Virus record (IMG/VR): IMGVR_UViG_2775507243_000004
Coordinates: 19,053-83,052 of that record
DNA: 64,000 bases
Source: a virus
Lineage: Duplodnaviria > Caudoviricetes
Reading direction: 5' to 3' (one strand)
The translations under genes were made by a program, and so were the position numbers. A model generated the notes under the pieces. That model did no database searches. It was not told the origin of the DNA and saw only the letters and a program-made list of their open reading frames with translations. Shown here piece by piece: positions 38,401-47,685 of the stretch; position 1 is the first letter of the stretch; each line of letters starts with the position of its first letter.

Positions 38401-38948
38401 ATCTGCGCCCTTTTTTCAGCAAGCAGTGCCTTTTGCCCTTTGGCCGCCAGCAGTGCGGCCTGGTACTCTGCTTTTAGCGCCAGCACTTCTCCACTTGGGC
38501 CGGTTTTATCTTTGCGGGCGTGCAGCCAGGTGTTTTTCTTTGCCTCAGCTGCCGACTGAGTCAGCTTCAGTGAGCGGCTCAGCGCGGTGTGTTCTGCCTC
38601 AAGTACAGATACATCCGCCTTGCCCGCCGTGCCCTTACGCATCGTCGCCAGCTGTTTCGCCATGCCGCCGACCCGATCGGTCGCGCCTTTCCAGTCTTTT
38701 TCAAGGCCGGTGACTTCTGAGCGTAAGGTGCGAACACCATCCAAGCCAATCCGGCGTGAGGCGCGATCAGCCTGCTCCATACTGCGCTGCAGGCGCTGGG
38801 TCTCTCCCACCAGCGATTGCAAGCCCTTGGTATTGGCGAGCTTTCCCTGTAAACCCTCGACCGAGCGCTGGGTTTTAGTGATCGCAGAACCAAAGGTCGA
38901 TGAGACAGCGCCGCCGATCACAATGCCGATGGCCAGATCTCTAGACAT
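35490..38948 (-). CDS. Tail tape measure protein
   Basis: 1152 aa; IGIVIGGAVS N-terminus, coiled coil, G.FE..KMAKF.PEL core and Gly-rich C-terminus. Confidence 0.92.
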   Translation of the reverse strand: MSRDLAIGIVIGGAVSSTFGSAITKTQRSVEGLQGKLANTKGLQSLVGETQRLQRSMEQADRASRRIGLDGVRTLRSEVTGLEKDWKGATDRVGGMAKQLATMRKGTAGKADVSVLEAEHTALSRSLKLTQSAAEAKKNTWLHARKDKTGPSGEVLALKAEYQAALLAAKGQKALLAEKRAQIAASKDATAAESKLSHELEKTQQEAKRAKQAFEAKRAALHASKNELKQQTQALGGARQASTALGSSMRDVATSQRAVADGGLRRRLDTHIGQLRQAGVAVDKLDREYIRLGRTSRGLALQEAGKTQMDSGVKLGRIAGLGLATAAIPTKIAGDYQAEIRDIAIKAGIAGQGGEKELDGAIRAAAKRQKMAQSDLAASVNGLVTQGMDWREAVGYSDLLGKLTIGQKMESGDAAQLIYSLQQNGVNQAEMEKVMGQIAVAGDIGAFESDKMAKFMPELLATVGSMGMQGPEAVRYIAASLQAQIKLTGNADSAANNFKNLLSKIIAPDSNKKFADAGIDLQGSMEATMRAHGDGPVAAFMRLTENLATSGDATRAKKLADIKARIKNASGDKKAEEEALSAYMQAAGLGEVLSDMQARSAALAQIKYGQQIKDDLIKIQNTDGIKKLDTDKSKRDETSNRKWDVVASEFTAAMVTIGDAIRPVTDFVADTAAQVLKFGTTITANNPAIALTALAAGIGVGLVALKRVAAGAGTWLVGKSLEKMGLRLPGAGSEGSAAGGAGHAEVGVQQVFVTNWPGGSLGGSSRRPSVGGATSSTSPDAPQAEGPVRTGKRAKIGRAFKAGGRLVSRFGGSVMALGTLGASAYGNYKNGEHAPEAALHAGEQKAQASDPPDGLKIGATLGEMIAPGIGSAVGGFLDDAVGVLRGGQGEEGGQGGDAGGVQEVFVTNLPTGGGLDLSGEGADRSGGGRERSRRRRGRGAGRVRPALGPLPAVERVGKLAKIGQAFKTGSKVLGKVGGAALSVAGAGYTAYDTYKNAKTAPEKGEGYGGAAGSLGGGLAGAKMGAVIGTMIAPGIGTAIGGLLGGAIGALGGEKIGALIGKAIAGKEEAKPPAPTVPVPPVAPPVIVPPVVKPEPKVIPSQVFTFQPTIQVTVKGDVKNPQQIAAEIAPHLKRIFDGWQQQASRSAMYDPIG

Positions 38949-38977
38949 AACAGCCTCCTATAAAAAAACAGCGGGCC

Positions 38978-39124
38978 TCAGCCCGCTTCATCACGATTCA
39001 GCCAGTGCCCGATCTCGCTAACCGGCACACTGCGTACCGTCTCACGCGACCAGCCCAGCTCACGCGCCAGCCGTCTGGCTAACGGCCACCACTCATGGCT
39101 CCCTATCATCGCTAAGTAAACGAA
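38978..39124 (-). CDS. gpE'-like extension in the +1 frame of the tail chaperone
   Basis: +1 frame open from TTT-CGT to TGA at 38978-38980, encoding WWPLARRLARELGWSRETVRSVPVSEIGHWL. Confidence 0.55.
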   Translation of the reverse strand, partial: FVYLAMIGSHEWWPLARRLARELGWSRETVRSVPVSEIGHWLNRDEAG

Positions 39125-39350
39125 AATAAGCGTCCTGCAGCTTTTTGTAATCGCGCAAGGTCAGCTGCCGCAGATCATTGGGCGCACAATCGCACAGCCG
39201 CGCAAACATCAGCTGTTCCCGCTCCGCATCGCTTTTGCCCAAGACCTGCACATCGAGTTGATCGCCCACCGTCGGCTCACGTAGCTGCAGCTGATTCACC
39301 AGCACATCGTTTAATTTAATGGCGGTGCTTAACTTAATCATTTCTTGCAT
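39093..39350 (-). CDS. Tail assembly chaperone
   Basis: LREPTVGD, FARLC and DYKKLQDAYFRL; between tube and tape measure. Confidence 0.85.
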   Translation of the reverse strand: MQEMIKLSTAIKLNDVLVNQLQLREPTVGDQLDVQVLGKSDAEREQLMFARLCDCAPNDLRQLTLRDYKKLQDAYFRLLSDDREP

Positions 39351-39391
39351 GATGGTTTCCTGATCGGCCCGCCGTGTGCGGGCCTTTGTGA

Positions 39392-39895
39392 TTAAAGGCC
39401 GATTGCGGCGCGCTCTGCGGCCAGCTCGTCATTGCCATTGATAATGCGGATTGCGTTGACCGGATCAATTTCAAAGATCACCCGGTTATCCACTTCCAGC
39501 TTGTAATAGCTCAGGCTGGCGCTGTACTTGGTTTCGCTTTTGTCCCCCGGCTTCCAGCTACCGGAATCCACTTCGGTCAGCAGGCCTCGCCAAGTCACGA
39601 TCACCGCCATCACTGCGCCTTTCTGATCCGTGAATGCCCCCCGAAAATTGCCGGCAAACAAGGTGCTGTCAGCAATCCCGAAGAAAGTCAGCGCTTCTGG
39701 GCTGACGCCGGCCAGCGTAAAACCGCACTCCAGTTTTTCCAGTCCCATGGGCATATCGACTTCGGCATCCATCCCACCGGCCCGATAGGCATCTGTTTTG
39801 CGTTTTAACTTGGGCAGCGTAATTTCCATCACCCTGGCGGCAAAGCCACGGCCATCGAGAAACATATTTAAATTGGTAAGAACTTGAGGAATCAT
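39392..39895 (-). CDS. Major tail tube protein
   Basis: LPKLKRKT..YRAGGMD, WKPGDK and YYKLEVD motifs. Confidence 0.93.
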   Translation of the reverse strand: MIPQVLTNLNMFLDGRGFAARVMEITLPKLKRKTDAYRAGGMDAEVDMPMGLEKLECGFTLAGVSPEALTFFGIADSTLFAGNFRGAFTDQKGAVMAVIVTWRGLLTEVDSGSWKPGDKSETKYSASLSYYKLEVDNRVIFEIDPVNAIRIINGNDELAAERAAIGL

Positions 39896-39907
39896 CGTGT
39901 GCGCTCC

Positions 39908-41083
39908 TTAGCGGCCGAAGTCGAGGACTTCGGTGATCCATTGATTGGTCACTTCCACCTGGAAGACAGGGTTTTCAGCGGGCGGTACATCGGTAAAGCG
40001 GATGGTCCAATAAATACGTCCCTGCTCGATTGCGCTGGCGGTGTTTTTATCCGGGTCCGGAAACACTTCAAAATTAATCACCGCCCCCAGCGCTTTAAGG
40101 TCGCGCATAAAAGCATCCAAGCCATCAGTCACATCTTTGACATAGGTTTTGGTAATTCCGCGATCCACCGCCCATTGATGGCCTTTGAGAATTGCATCCA
40201 TCACCATATCCACGGTGCGCACCCGGGTGACAAAGCTCCACTTTGGATCCGCCGACAAGGTACGGTTACCCCAGAGGCGAAAGCCGCCTTCGCGAATAAT
40301 GGTGGTGATATGCGCTTCATTCAGCAGATTGGCGCGGCAGGTGGCATCGCCATAAAGATATTCAATCGGGCGCTTGGTCCCCAGCACTTCGCTGAATTCG
40401 GTATTAGACGGGCTGGCCCAGAAACCGACACTGGCATCCTGACGGGCAAACAAACCCGCAGTGGCCGCCGATGCGGGTGCATCGGCTTCGGCGCTCAGCT
40501 TGCTATCCCAAACCCGCAGGCCCGGATCCACCACATAGGAGCGCTTGCTGCCCAGATTTTTAACAAACGCCAGCGCCGCTTCATCGTCGGTATTGGGGCC
40601 GTCAATGATGGCGATCGCCCGCAGCTTATCGGCCAGTGAAACCATGGCAGAGGCCACGGCCGCACTGCTGCTGTGGCCCGGCGCCACAATCAGCCGCGGG
40701 GATTGATTGGTTTTAGATTTTGCATCCAGCAAAGCCTGTAAACCGGTGCGCTTACCCTTGGCATCAACGCCACCAATAATGGCGCTGGTCAGCTGTGCCG
40801 GCGTTTCAGCGGTTTGGCTGACGCCAACCGCTACCACTACGGCAGCAGCCTGGGCGTAGATTTCTTTGAGACGCTTAGCCATGGCGCTCTCTTCGCCAAA
40901 CTGCGCTACGCCTTCCCGTAAATTGGTAATCAAAATGGGGGTATCTGCCGCAGCCAAACCCGCACCCGGTGTAAATGTATCGACAATGCCAATAATCGAT
41001 GAAGACGGCAGCGCAATGACGCGCGGCCCTGTATCCACCAGCGTAACCGTCACGCCATGGAAAAAACCACCTGTTCCGGCCAT
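39908..41083 (-). CDS. Tail sheath protein
   Basis: FFHGVTV, GFWASPSN, LWGNRT and DVPPAEN motifs. Confidence 0.94.
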   Translation of the reverse strand: MAGTGGFFHGVTVTLVDTGPRVIALPSSSIIGIVDTFTPGAGLAAADTPILITNLREGVAQFGEESAMAKRLKEIYAQAAAVVVAVGVSQTAETPAQLTSAIIGGVDAKGKRTGLQALLDAKSKTNQSPRLIVAPGHSSSAAVASAMVSLADKLRAIAIIDGPNTDDEAALAFVKNLGSKRSYVVDPGLRVWDSKLSAEADAPASAATAGLFARQDASVGFWASPSNTEFSEVLGTKRPIEYLYGDATCRANLLNEAHITTIIREGGFRLWGNRTLSADPKWSFVTRVRTVDMVMDAILKGHQWAVDRGITKTYVKDVTDGLDAFMRDLKALGAVINFEVFPDPDKNTASAIEQGRIYWTIRFTDVPPAENPVFQVEVTNQWITEVLDFGR

Positions 41084-41160
41084 AGGGCCTCCTGAAAATA
41101 GGCGAAAAAAAACCGCCTTAGGGCGGGTGAAATAAATAAAAAACTTATTAAAAAATGATT

Positions 41161-42513
41161 CTAAATAGGCTTAACCACAACGATCGCTGTGCCATCATTT
41201 AATACTTTGCGCACCTGGCCAATGGCCTGGCGATAGTCACCTGGCACTTGATCAATGTCGGCAGATGAGACCCAGCGGCCAGAAATACCTGCCCCCTTCG
41301 TAACTGGCAGCAGATAATCACCTAACTTTGCACCAGCCAGCAGTACCGGCACTTTGCCGCAATATGCAATCCGGTCAACATTGGCGCGGGCCGCCTCTAA
41401 TTTAGCGTCCCAGACCGCCAGTTCCGCTTCATAGTCCTGCACCGCTTTGGCCTGTCTTAAATTTTCAGCCTCTAATAAACATGCATGTTCAGCCTGCTCA
41501 CTCAGCCAGAGAAGGTGGTCCTCGTGATATTCACTGATTGCAGAATGAAACATATTGATATCACCATCAAACTGATCTGGTGCCGGACTTTGGGGTTCCA
41601 TGCGTAACGCTGGCAGCTCAGGCACTGGTCGTTCTTGAGGTTTAAGGCCAACCACATTTTCATCTCCCCATGAATCACCACCGACAATGCTTGGATTGGT
41701 AGATTTAATGGCGAATGTGACTGCCTTAGAAAATTGATCCGTAATTAAACCACCCGCATCAAAACCAATAATCTGACCGGCCAATACAGGCGCACATGTA
41801 GCAGCTTTATACTCATATTCGGCATAATCTGCGCCACTGGCATTAAGCGTTCCCCCCGCATTCAAAGAGCGCCCTGTCACTGAGTTTTTACCTAAAAGTA
41901 CCCCTGCATTTGCAGCATTAATCCCCAGGGCGGTTACGGCTCTGAATTCAGCGGTTACATTGGAGCCCGCACCAAAGACTTGCGCAACGGCAACGCCTTC
42001 TGGCACCGACTTATAAAGCACATGGCAGGATGCTGAACCTATTCCTAATAATAAGTTGCCAGCTTGATCCAATCGCATAGCCATGGGTGCATCTGCAACG
42101 CCATCAGCAGTGCCATTAGAGGTATAAAAAACTAAATCTCCGTCATTGCCACCACTCCCCATATTGACACGAGCAGAACGAATACCAGCTCCTCGGCCAA
42201 GATTTCTCGCGGAAGCATTAATGCCAAATGTCAATTCAGCGTAATCACCTAAATTAGTCCCCCGTGTCAGATAAACACCTCCCCGCCCTGCCCCTGTAAT
42301 CAGCTGTTCGCTGTTTAATTTTTTAAAGGCTCCATCTGCAGCATTACTTAGCCCGATTAGGCAAGCATCCAGCGTACTGTTTGTGATGGTTTTTCCCTCT
42401 ACTACTTTGGCTTTGGCAATAGCCACGACCTGATCCATCCGATCATTCACGCTACCCGTCAGGGCGGTTGTGGCCGTAACTAAATCCGCAACTTGAGACT
42501 CAAGCGTCGACAT
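41161..42513 (-). CDS. Tail fibre/spike with C-terminal intramolecular-chaperone-like (peptidase G2-type) domain
   Basis: MSTLESQVADLV N-terminus, GADYAE and IAYCGKVPV motifs; tail fibre position. Confidence 0.72.
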   Translation of the reverse strand: MSTLESQVADLVTATTALTGSVNDRMDQVVAIAKAKVVEGKTITNSTLDACLIGLSNAADGAFKKLNSEQLITGAGRGGVYLTRGTNLGDYAELTFGINASARNLGRGAGIRSARVNMGSGGNDGDLVFYTSNGTADGVADAPMAMRLDQAGNLLLGIGSASCHVLYKSVPEGVAVAQVFGAGSNVTAEFRAVTALGINAANAGVLLGKNSVTGRSLNAGGTLNASGADYAEYEYKAATCAPVLAGQIIGFDAGGLITDQFSKAVTFAIKSTNPSIVGGDSWGDENVVGLKPQERPVPELPALRMEPQSPAPDQFDGDINMFHSAISEYHEDHLLWLSEQAEHACLLEAENLRQAKAVQDYEAELAVWDAKLEAARANVDRIAYCGKVPVLLAGAKLGDYLLPVTKGAGISGRWVSSADIDQVPGDYRQAIGQVRKVLNDGTAIVVVKPI

Positions 42514-42522
42514 ATTTAATCC

Positions 42523-43020
42523 TTATAGTTTTGTTTGAATAAGCATGTGCTGGGTTCGAATTAGCCCAGCGGCAAATTGGGTTAGTTCTTTAGCCAGCAT
42601 CAGATTGATTGGCGCATTCATTGAAATAATATTGATACTGTCCGCCGGCACAGCACTCAGCGCTAAGTCATAAGCAAGCAGGTGCTTTTGCCCTGCTTTG
42701 TTGTAAACCAAAGGGGTATCCGGATGGCTCCATACCGCGATCAAAATACCCGTATCCGAAATAAACCCCACCTCTCGAATCCAGAAGTCCTCGTTGCTGT
42801 CGAGCAGGGTGTTGACATGAATTTGCGTCGGGCCGACTTTCTCGCCCCCTGTGAGCGTGCGGCGGGCACGTTCGTTTTTTAAGGCTATTTGTGTGCGGTC
42901 AGGGCGATAAGCAGCATCGCCCACGGCAATGGCCGCGATCTTTATATCAAGGCCGGTGCTGCTGGCATTAAAACAAGCAGCCAGCCCCGCATCCGTCATC
43001 AGCGGAATAAGCGCACTCAT
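42523..43020 (-). CDS. Tail-collar / fibre attachment protein
   Basis: TDAGLAA, IAVGD..Y and FWIREVG motifs. Confidence 0.8.
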   Translation of the reverse strand: MSALIPLMTDAGLAACFNASSTGLDIKIAAIAVGDAAYRPDRTQIALKNERARRTLTGGEKVGPTQIHVNTLLDSNEDFWIREVGFISDTGILIAVWSHPDTPLVYNKAGQKHLLAYDLALSAVPADSINIISMNAPINLMLAKELTQFAAGLIRTQHMLIQTKL

Positions 43021-43646
43021 TGAATCTCCATCGCGATGCGAGTCAGGGTAAAAAAACAGGAGGCACTGGCAAGCGCCATTTCCTGCGTAAAAGCGAGCGG
43101 CGCCGCCTTAATATCAGCGCCAAAACGGCTGAGGGTTGTGAGATCGGCCCTGCTGGCCAAGGCCAGCGACTGATTAAATTGTGACCCCGTGATCAGCTCG
43201 TAATAACTACGAACAGGCTTAAGCTCATCGACCAGTGTTTTAATTTGCTGATATGTTTCTGGGCTCAGCGGCGCACCACCATCACGATTCTCATTGGCCC
43301 AGGCCATGAGCGAAAAACTATGCGGACTCCCTTTGGGCGATGTTTGCCACCACTCGATCAAATCCACATTGATATTAAGCGCCGCCAGCGCCCCTTTAAC
43401 CGCGCCGACGGTGCCCTTAATCCGATGCGTTGGCAGCGAATTAGCAATCAAATCACGCTGCATTTGTTCGGTAATGGCCAGCTCCCACCCTTCAACAGAT
43501 GCCCCCCATGCAAGTAAGGGCAAAAAGGGCACGGGGCAGAATTTAGCCGCCCCCAGGCAGGCAATGGGTGAGGGGTCCAGCTCTGAACAACAAGCACTTG
43601 ATAAGGCCAGCTCAAGCGATGTGGCATTGGGAGGCAGTAAGCTCAT
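43017..43646 (-). CDS. Tail protein I (P2 gpI-like)
   Basis: SLLPPNAT.LE, LP.LAW, H..KGT, EWWQ and KPVRS motifs. Confidence 0.92.
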   Translation of the reverse strand: MSLLPPNATSLELALSSACCSELDPSPIACLGAAKFCPVPFLPLLAWGASVEGWELAITEQMQRDLIANSLPTHRIKGTVGAVKGALAALNINVDLIEWWQTSPKGSPHSFSLMAWANENRDGGAPLSPETYQQIKTLVDELKPVRSYYELITGSQFNQSLALASRADLTTLSRFGADIKAAPLAFTQEMALASASCFFTLTRIAMEIQ

Positions 43647-44608
43647 ATCGCCTCCAGCGTAATGCCCTCACACTGAGGAAAATGCCGTGCGTCACAAGTG
43701 ATATCAGCCCCCGGCTCAGCCAGCGTGACACGGCGAACCCCAGCAATATGCAAGGCAGCAAAAATGGCCGAGCGTGACAAAGTACCGCCCAGTTTTCTGG
43801 CGCTCTTCAGCGCGATTTCCAGCCTGTCTTTTGCCTCTGCCAGCACAGACTGTGATGCAGGGCCATTTTCCAGCTCAATCTGTGCCGCCACCTTAAACCC
43901 GATCCTGCTGCCTGGCTGTACTCTGGGCCGGTCAGTCAGCGGCCTTACATCATCAGCAGAGAGTGCGGTTTGCACGGCGGCCGTTAAAACAGAACCATCA
44001 ATATCGGGTGCATGTGGTAAAACCGTGACCGAAACATCCCCCGGTAAAGGCAACAACAAACCCGCATCATAAGTACAAGCCAAAACAAGGCTATCCGCTG
44101 GCAACTGATGGCGCAGCTCATCACTGATCGCTACCGCCATAAACACGGGGGCATCAATGGACACATCCGCAATCTGTGCCGACGCGCTCAAACTATGAAA
44201 TAAATAAGCTCCGCGTGAACCGGCCACCGATAAACCTTCCAGCGCCATCTGGCAGCGATAACGCAGACGCTCATCTTCTTCATAAACAGCCTCAAGTGGC
44301 GGCTCTGCATCCGGATTGGCGGGCGTCATCAACAGCCGGCTAACGCCATAATCGGCGGCCTTATTGTCCAAATCGGTGCCCCGCGCATACGCCAGCATGG
44401 TGGACACAGCCGCATCATTCACCCAGGCCCGCAGCATCAGCTCCTGATAGGCCGATAATTCCAGCAGTTTTACTACTGGGTCGCTTTCTAGCACCGCGCT
44501 CCAATCGGGATAAATCGCCTTAAACTGCGCCAGCTTACGGGCATAGATCGCCTCAAAATCTAGCGTTTCCAGCAACTGTGGCGGCGGGAGTTGGCTTAAA
44601 TCGATCAT
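43643..44608 (-). CDS. Baseplate assembly protein J
   Basis: IDLSQLPPP, ESDP..KLLE, SVAGS.GAY and VRPLTD motifs. Confidence 0.94.
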   Translation of the reverse strand: MIDLSQLPPPQLLETLDFEAIYARKLAQFKAIYPDWSAVLESDPVVKLLELSAYQELMLRAWVNDAAVSTMLAYARGTDLDNKAADYGVSRLLMTPANPDAEPPLEAVYEEDERLRYRCQMALEGLSVAGSRGAYLFHSLSASAQIADVSIDAPVFMAVAISDELRHQLPADSLVLACTYDAGLLLPLPGDVSVTVLPHAPDIDGSVLTAAVQTALSADDVRPLTDRPRVQPGSRIGFKVAAQIELENGPASQSVLAEAKDRLEIALKSARKLGGTLSRSAIFAALHIAGVRRVTLAEPGADITCDARHFPQCEGITLEAI

Positions 44609-44931
44609 GCGGTCACCTCCAGCAACATGCTGTCGCCCAGATAAATCCCTGAAATTTTCATATTCACCCTGCCATCAATCACAGAAATAATCGTGACCTT
44701 GCTGACTTTAATCCGCGGCTCCCAGCGCACTAGATTGCGGGCGATCTCCGCTTGCGCCGCTGCAATCCAGCCCGCATTGACCGGCAAATCCACCATGCGT
44801 GGTAAATGGCTGCCATATTCTGGCCGCTCCCTGCGGCTGCCCAAGGGCGTGGTCAAAATATCGGCAATGGATTGAGCCAGATGAGCAGAGCCAGACATGA
44901 GCTGCCCTGTTGTGCGATCCATGCCCATCAT
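44605..44931 (-). CDS. Baseplate wedge protein W (gp25-like)
   Basis: HL.QSI.DILTTPLGSR..RPEYGS and WEPR motifs. Confidence 0.93.
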   Translation of the reverse strand: MMGMDRTTGQLMSGSAHLAQSIADILTTPLGSRRERPEYGSHLPRMVDLPVNAGWIAAAQAEIARNLVRWEPRIKVSKVTIISVIDGRVNMKISGIYLGDSMLLEVTA

Positions 44932-44935
44932 CGGA

Positions 44936-45139
44936 TTAAGCCTCGCTGGCAGGCGGCAGGATCAAACGCTCAAAGTCTAGGCGCTGATCCAGATGAGCAA
45001 TCAGTACATCATCGTCGCTACTGATGGCGCGATTGATCACCGCAAACGAGCGGCCATCATCAAGAAGAATCGTTCGGGATCGAAAAGCCTTATCCGTAAA
45101 GGAAACGGGCTGAATCGGTGTATTACTGGGCTTAGCCAT
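44936..45139 (-). CDS. Small phage hypothetical protein
   Basis: GGAGG RBS; F.DK.F.SRT pattern; within the baseplate run. Confidence 0.7.
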   Translation of the reverse strand: MAKPSNTPIQPVSFTDKAFRSRTILLDDGRSFAVINRAISSDDDVLIAHLDQRLDFERLILPPASEA

Positions 45140-45296
45140 ATTGGCCTCCTGCAGATGTAAAAACGCCCCAGAGCCGTGAAGCGCTGGGGCGTAAAAAAGG
45201 AAACATTTTTTATAAAACTTGTAAAATCTAATTTATCTTATTTAATTAAGGCATATTAAATCCTACAAACATGCCTCACCGATAAGAGATCATATT

Positions 45297-45965
45297 TTGG
45301 AACCAATTGAATTAAATACAAACAATGGTACCATGCACATTGAAGGTTTTCCTGACGCAGTAAGAGTTATCAAACTAACTGGCGAAAAATCTAAACGCTT
45401 ATCTCATCTTAGTTTGCACAAAATGGATTTACTCTTTGCAGAAAGTTATTTCAATGCAGTGACATACTCCTATGAGGATTCAGGACTTATTCAAGAGTCA
45501 CTTTGGCGCTCTGCAATAATCTTCTACATAAAATGTTTTGGTAACTCCAAAAGCAGAGGTCCACTTTCTGCAGAGCGTATTTACAGAAATAACCCACCCG
45601 CCTTAAAAACACATAAAGAATTCAAACATCTGCGCGACAAGCACTTTATTCATGATGAAAACTCATTTTCGCAAAGTCATACAGGGGCCATAATAGCTAG
45701 CAAAGACAAGCCCTATAAAATAGAAAAAATAATTTCCACATCGACAGAGGCTGTCACTCTCAACAATGGCTTCTACAACAATTTAAGATTATTAATTAAC
45801 CACACAATGAATTGGGTAAATATAGAATATGAAAATATTTGTAATGATTTAACTATAGAACTAGAAAAAGAAAGTTATGAATCACTTTTAAAATATCCAG
45901 AAATACAAATTAGAGCACCATCGATTGATACAATTTCTCAGACGAGAGCCGATAACCATTCATAA
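45297..45965 (+). CDS. AT-rich moron, possible HEPN-like RNase
   Basis: Opposite strand to late operon, AT-rich; LRDKHFIH resembles the HEPN Rx4-6H motif. Confidence 0.6.
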   Translation: MEPIELNTNNGTMHIEGFPDAVRVIKLTGEKSKRLSHLSLHKMDLLFAESYFNAVTYSYEDSGLIQESLWRSAIIFYIKCFGNSKSRGPLSAERIYRNNPPALKTHKEFKHLRDKHFIHDENSFSQSHTGAIIASKDKPYKIEKIISTSTEAVTLNNGFYNNLRLLINHTMNWVNIEYENICNDLTIELEKESYESLLKYPEIQIRAPSIDTISQTRADNHS

Positions 45966-46004
45966 CTATTAATTTTAACTTCCTTAAAAAAAAATAGCAT
46001 CCAT

Positions 46005-46622
46005 TCAAACCGCCTCACTCGTCATCTGCCCATCGCCCTGCTCCCTGTGTGCGTGTTTCATCAGGCTAATATCTCCCGCGCTCACGTCGCCTTTGGCTTC
46101 AATTGCACCACCAAAGCTGGCTTTCGCGCCGCCATTAGCCAGATGATTAATAGCCGCGCCTACCGTCAAATTCTGGGTCACGATGACATTATCGGCATCA
46201 AGGGTAATGGTGGTGGCTTTAACCGTGACGCTCTCTGCCGCATTCACAGTCACGGCTTTACAGCCATTGATCAGGGCGGCGCCAGCGGTGAAGTCATACT
46301 CTATTTTGCAACCATCGGGCATCTGCCACGCCACCACATTGGCTCGCCCGTCATGGCCCAGCGCATCGGTGTAAAAACCCACCAGCGCAAAACCATTGTC
46401 TGGCTCCCCGGATGGATTCAGCATTAATGCTTGCTCGCCCACCGAAGGCAGGCGCCAGTGCCGTGCTTTACCCGCAGCTAAACCCAGCCAAGGAATCCAA
46501 CTTGATACCCAACCATCTGAGGCGATTCGCACTCTGGCCTTGCCCGCATCAACAGCAGATACCACGCCAGGAATCAGCAAGCCAGACAACATGCGGTCTA
46601 ATTCTGATATCTCATAACGCAT
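46005..46622 (-). CDS. Baseplate spike protein V
   Basis: W.PW....AG...WR.PSVGEQ...PSG, IEYD and SLMKHAH C-terminus. Confidence 0.92.
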   Translation of the reverse strand: MRYEISELDRMLSGLLIPGVVSAVDAGKARVRIASDGWVSSWIPWLGLAAGKARHWRLPSVGEQALMLNPSGEPDNGFALVGFYTDALGHDGRANVVAWQMPDGCKIEYDFTAGAALINGCKAVTVNAAESVTVKATTITLDADNVIVTQNLTVGAAINHLANGGAKASFGGAIEAKGDVSAGDISLMKHAHREQGDGQMTSEAV

Positions 46623-46633
46623 CGCGTTCTGCC

Positions 46634-47134
46634 CTATAGATCTTGCGGTTTCAAATAGGCATCAGCGGGTTCTTGCCTGTTGTCATCATAAGGTGACAAC
46701 TCGCCCAACTCTGGAATCGGCCATTCTTCTACGTCTCCCACATGAAGCTCGTGCTCAAAGGTCACGCACCAGACCAGATATCCTTCTAGTTCGCCTTTAA
46801 ATCCATCCGGGGCAACGCTTTGAATCCGCGCCAAACCCACTGGCTGGCCCCAAGTTTTAAAATGAATGGCTGCGGCCAAGCGGCAAACTAACTGCCGGAT
46901 ATGTAACTCGGCATCGGCGCGGGTTGGATCCATCACCAGCCGCGCTTCAAAGCGGGCAATTAAAGACAACTCGCCATTCCCTGGCTGAGTGCCATCACTA
47001 AATTCAGCCAGCTCGATCAGCAGTAAAGGTAAGCTGACCCGCCCTTCTAAATCCGGATAGGTCAGTACTTCCATCTTCGGAAAAACGCCCTGTAGCTGCT
47101 GTTCGATAGCCCGGTGCAAATCAGCAATATCCAT
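46634..47134 (-). CDS. Putative tail completion/terminator protein
   Basis: Position between gpZ-like and gpV; WG.PV and Y.VW.V.F patterns. Confidence 0.65.
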   Translation of the reverse strand: MDIADLHRAIEQQLQGVFPKMEVLTYPDLEGRVSLPLLLIELAEFSDGTQPGNGELSLIARFEARLVMDPTRADAELHIRQLVCRLAAAIHFKTWGQPVGLARIQSVAPDGFKGELEGYLVWCVTFEHELHVGDVEEWPIPELGELSPYDDNRQEPADAYLKPQDL

Positions 47135-47685
47135 CAGCGCGCCCTCCCGGACAGCTTATGCAGCTCATAATTTAATTCCTGCTGCATCAGGGTCTGCAAG
47201 CGGCCGGGTATCAAACCCGAAACTCTGGAAAAAGCCGTATTAGCCATCAGATCTACCTCCACCTTTGCCCGCTTGATCGGCAGGCGGGCCTTTGAGGTGC
47301 GCTGATACAACTTGCCGTTAAACCGTGAATTTTTAGAGGGCGTAAACGCGGCTTCAAAATGCCATGACTTCACCCGATAGCCTCTCGCGGTTTTAATAGG
47401 TTTACCCAGCTCATCCGCATTCAGGGCCGAAATCCCAAACCAGATTTTGACGGCTGGCCCACCATCGCTGCCTTCCCGCCATTGTTTGTCGTAGATCCGG
47501 ACACGATGCACAATCATCTTGCGGCGGATCCCGCCGTCTTTCAGCTCCCGCAGCAAATGCGTGCGCGTCCACAAAGCGGTTTTTCGGACCGCCCGTTTCG
47601 TCGCACGCTCCAGCGCATGAAGACTCAGCCCAGAAGCCAAGGCTTTGATCGATGCATCATCAAAATCGATCTTGATATCAATCAT
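47134..47685 (-). CDS. Minor tail protein Z-like
   Basis: Basic protein with RAVRKTA.W and RLPI motifs; lambda gpZ position. Confidence 0.65.
   Translation of the reverse strand: MIDIKIDFDDASIKALASGLSLHALERATKRAVRKTALWTRTHLLRELKDGGIRRKMIVHRVRIYDKQWREGSDGGPAVKIWFGISALNADELGKPIKTARGYRVKSWHFEAAFTPSKNSRFNGKLYQRTSKARLPIKRAKVEVDLMANTAFSRVSGLIPGRLQTLMQQELNYELHKLSGRAR

Noticed and set aside
29375-46622. Tailocin or eCIS using VgrG as its spike
   Set aside because: The tail has its own gpV spike and is linked to full head, packaging and replication genes; VgrG has T6SS-type adaptor and effector partners
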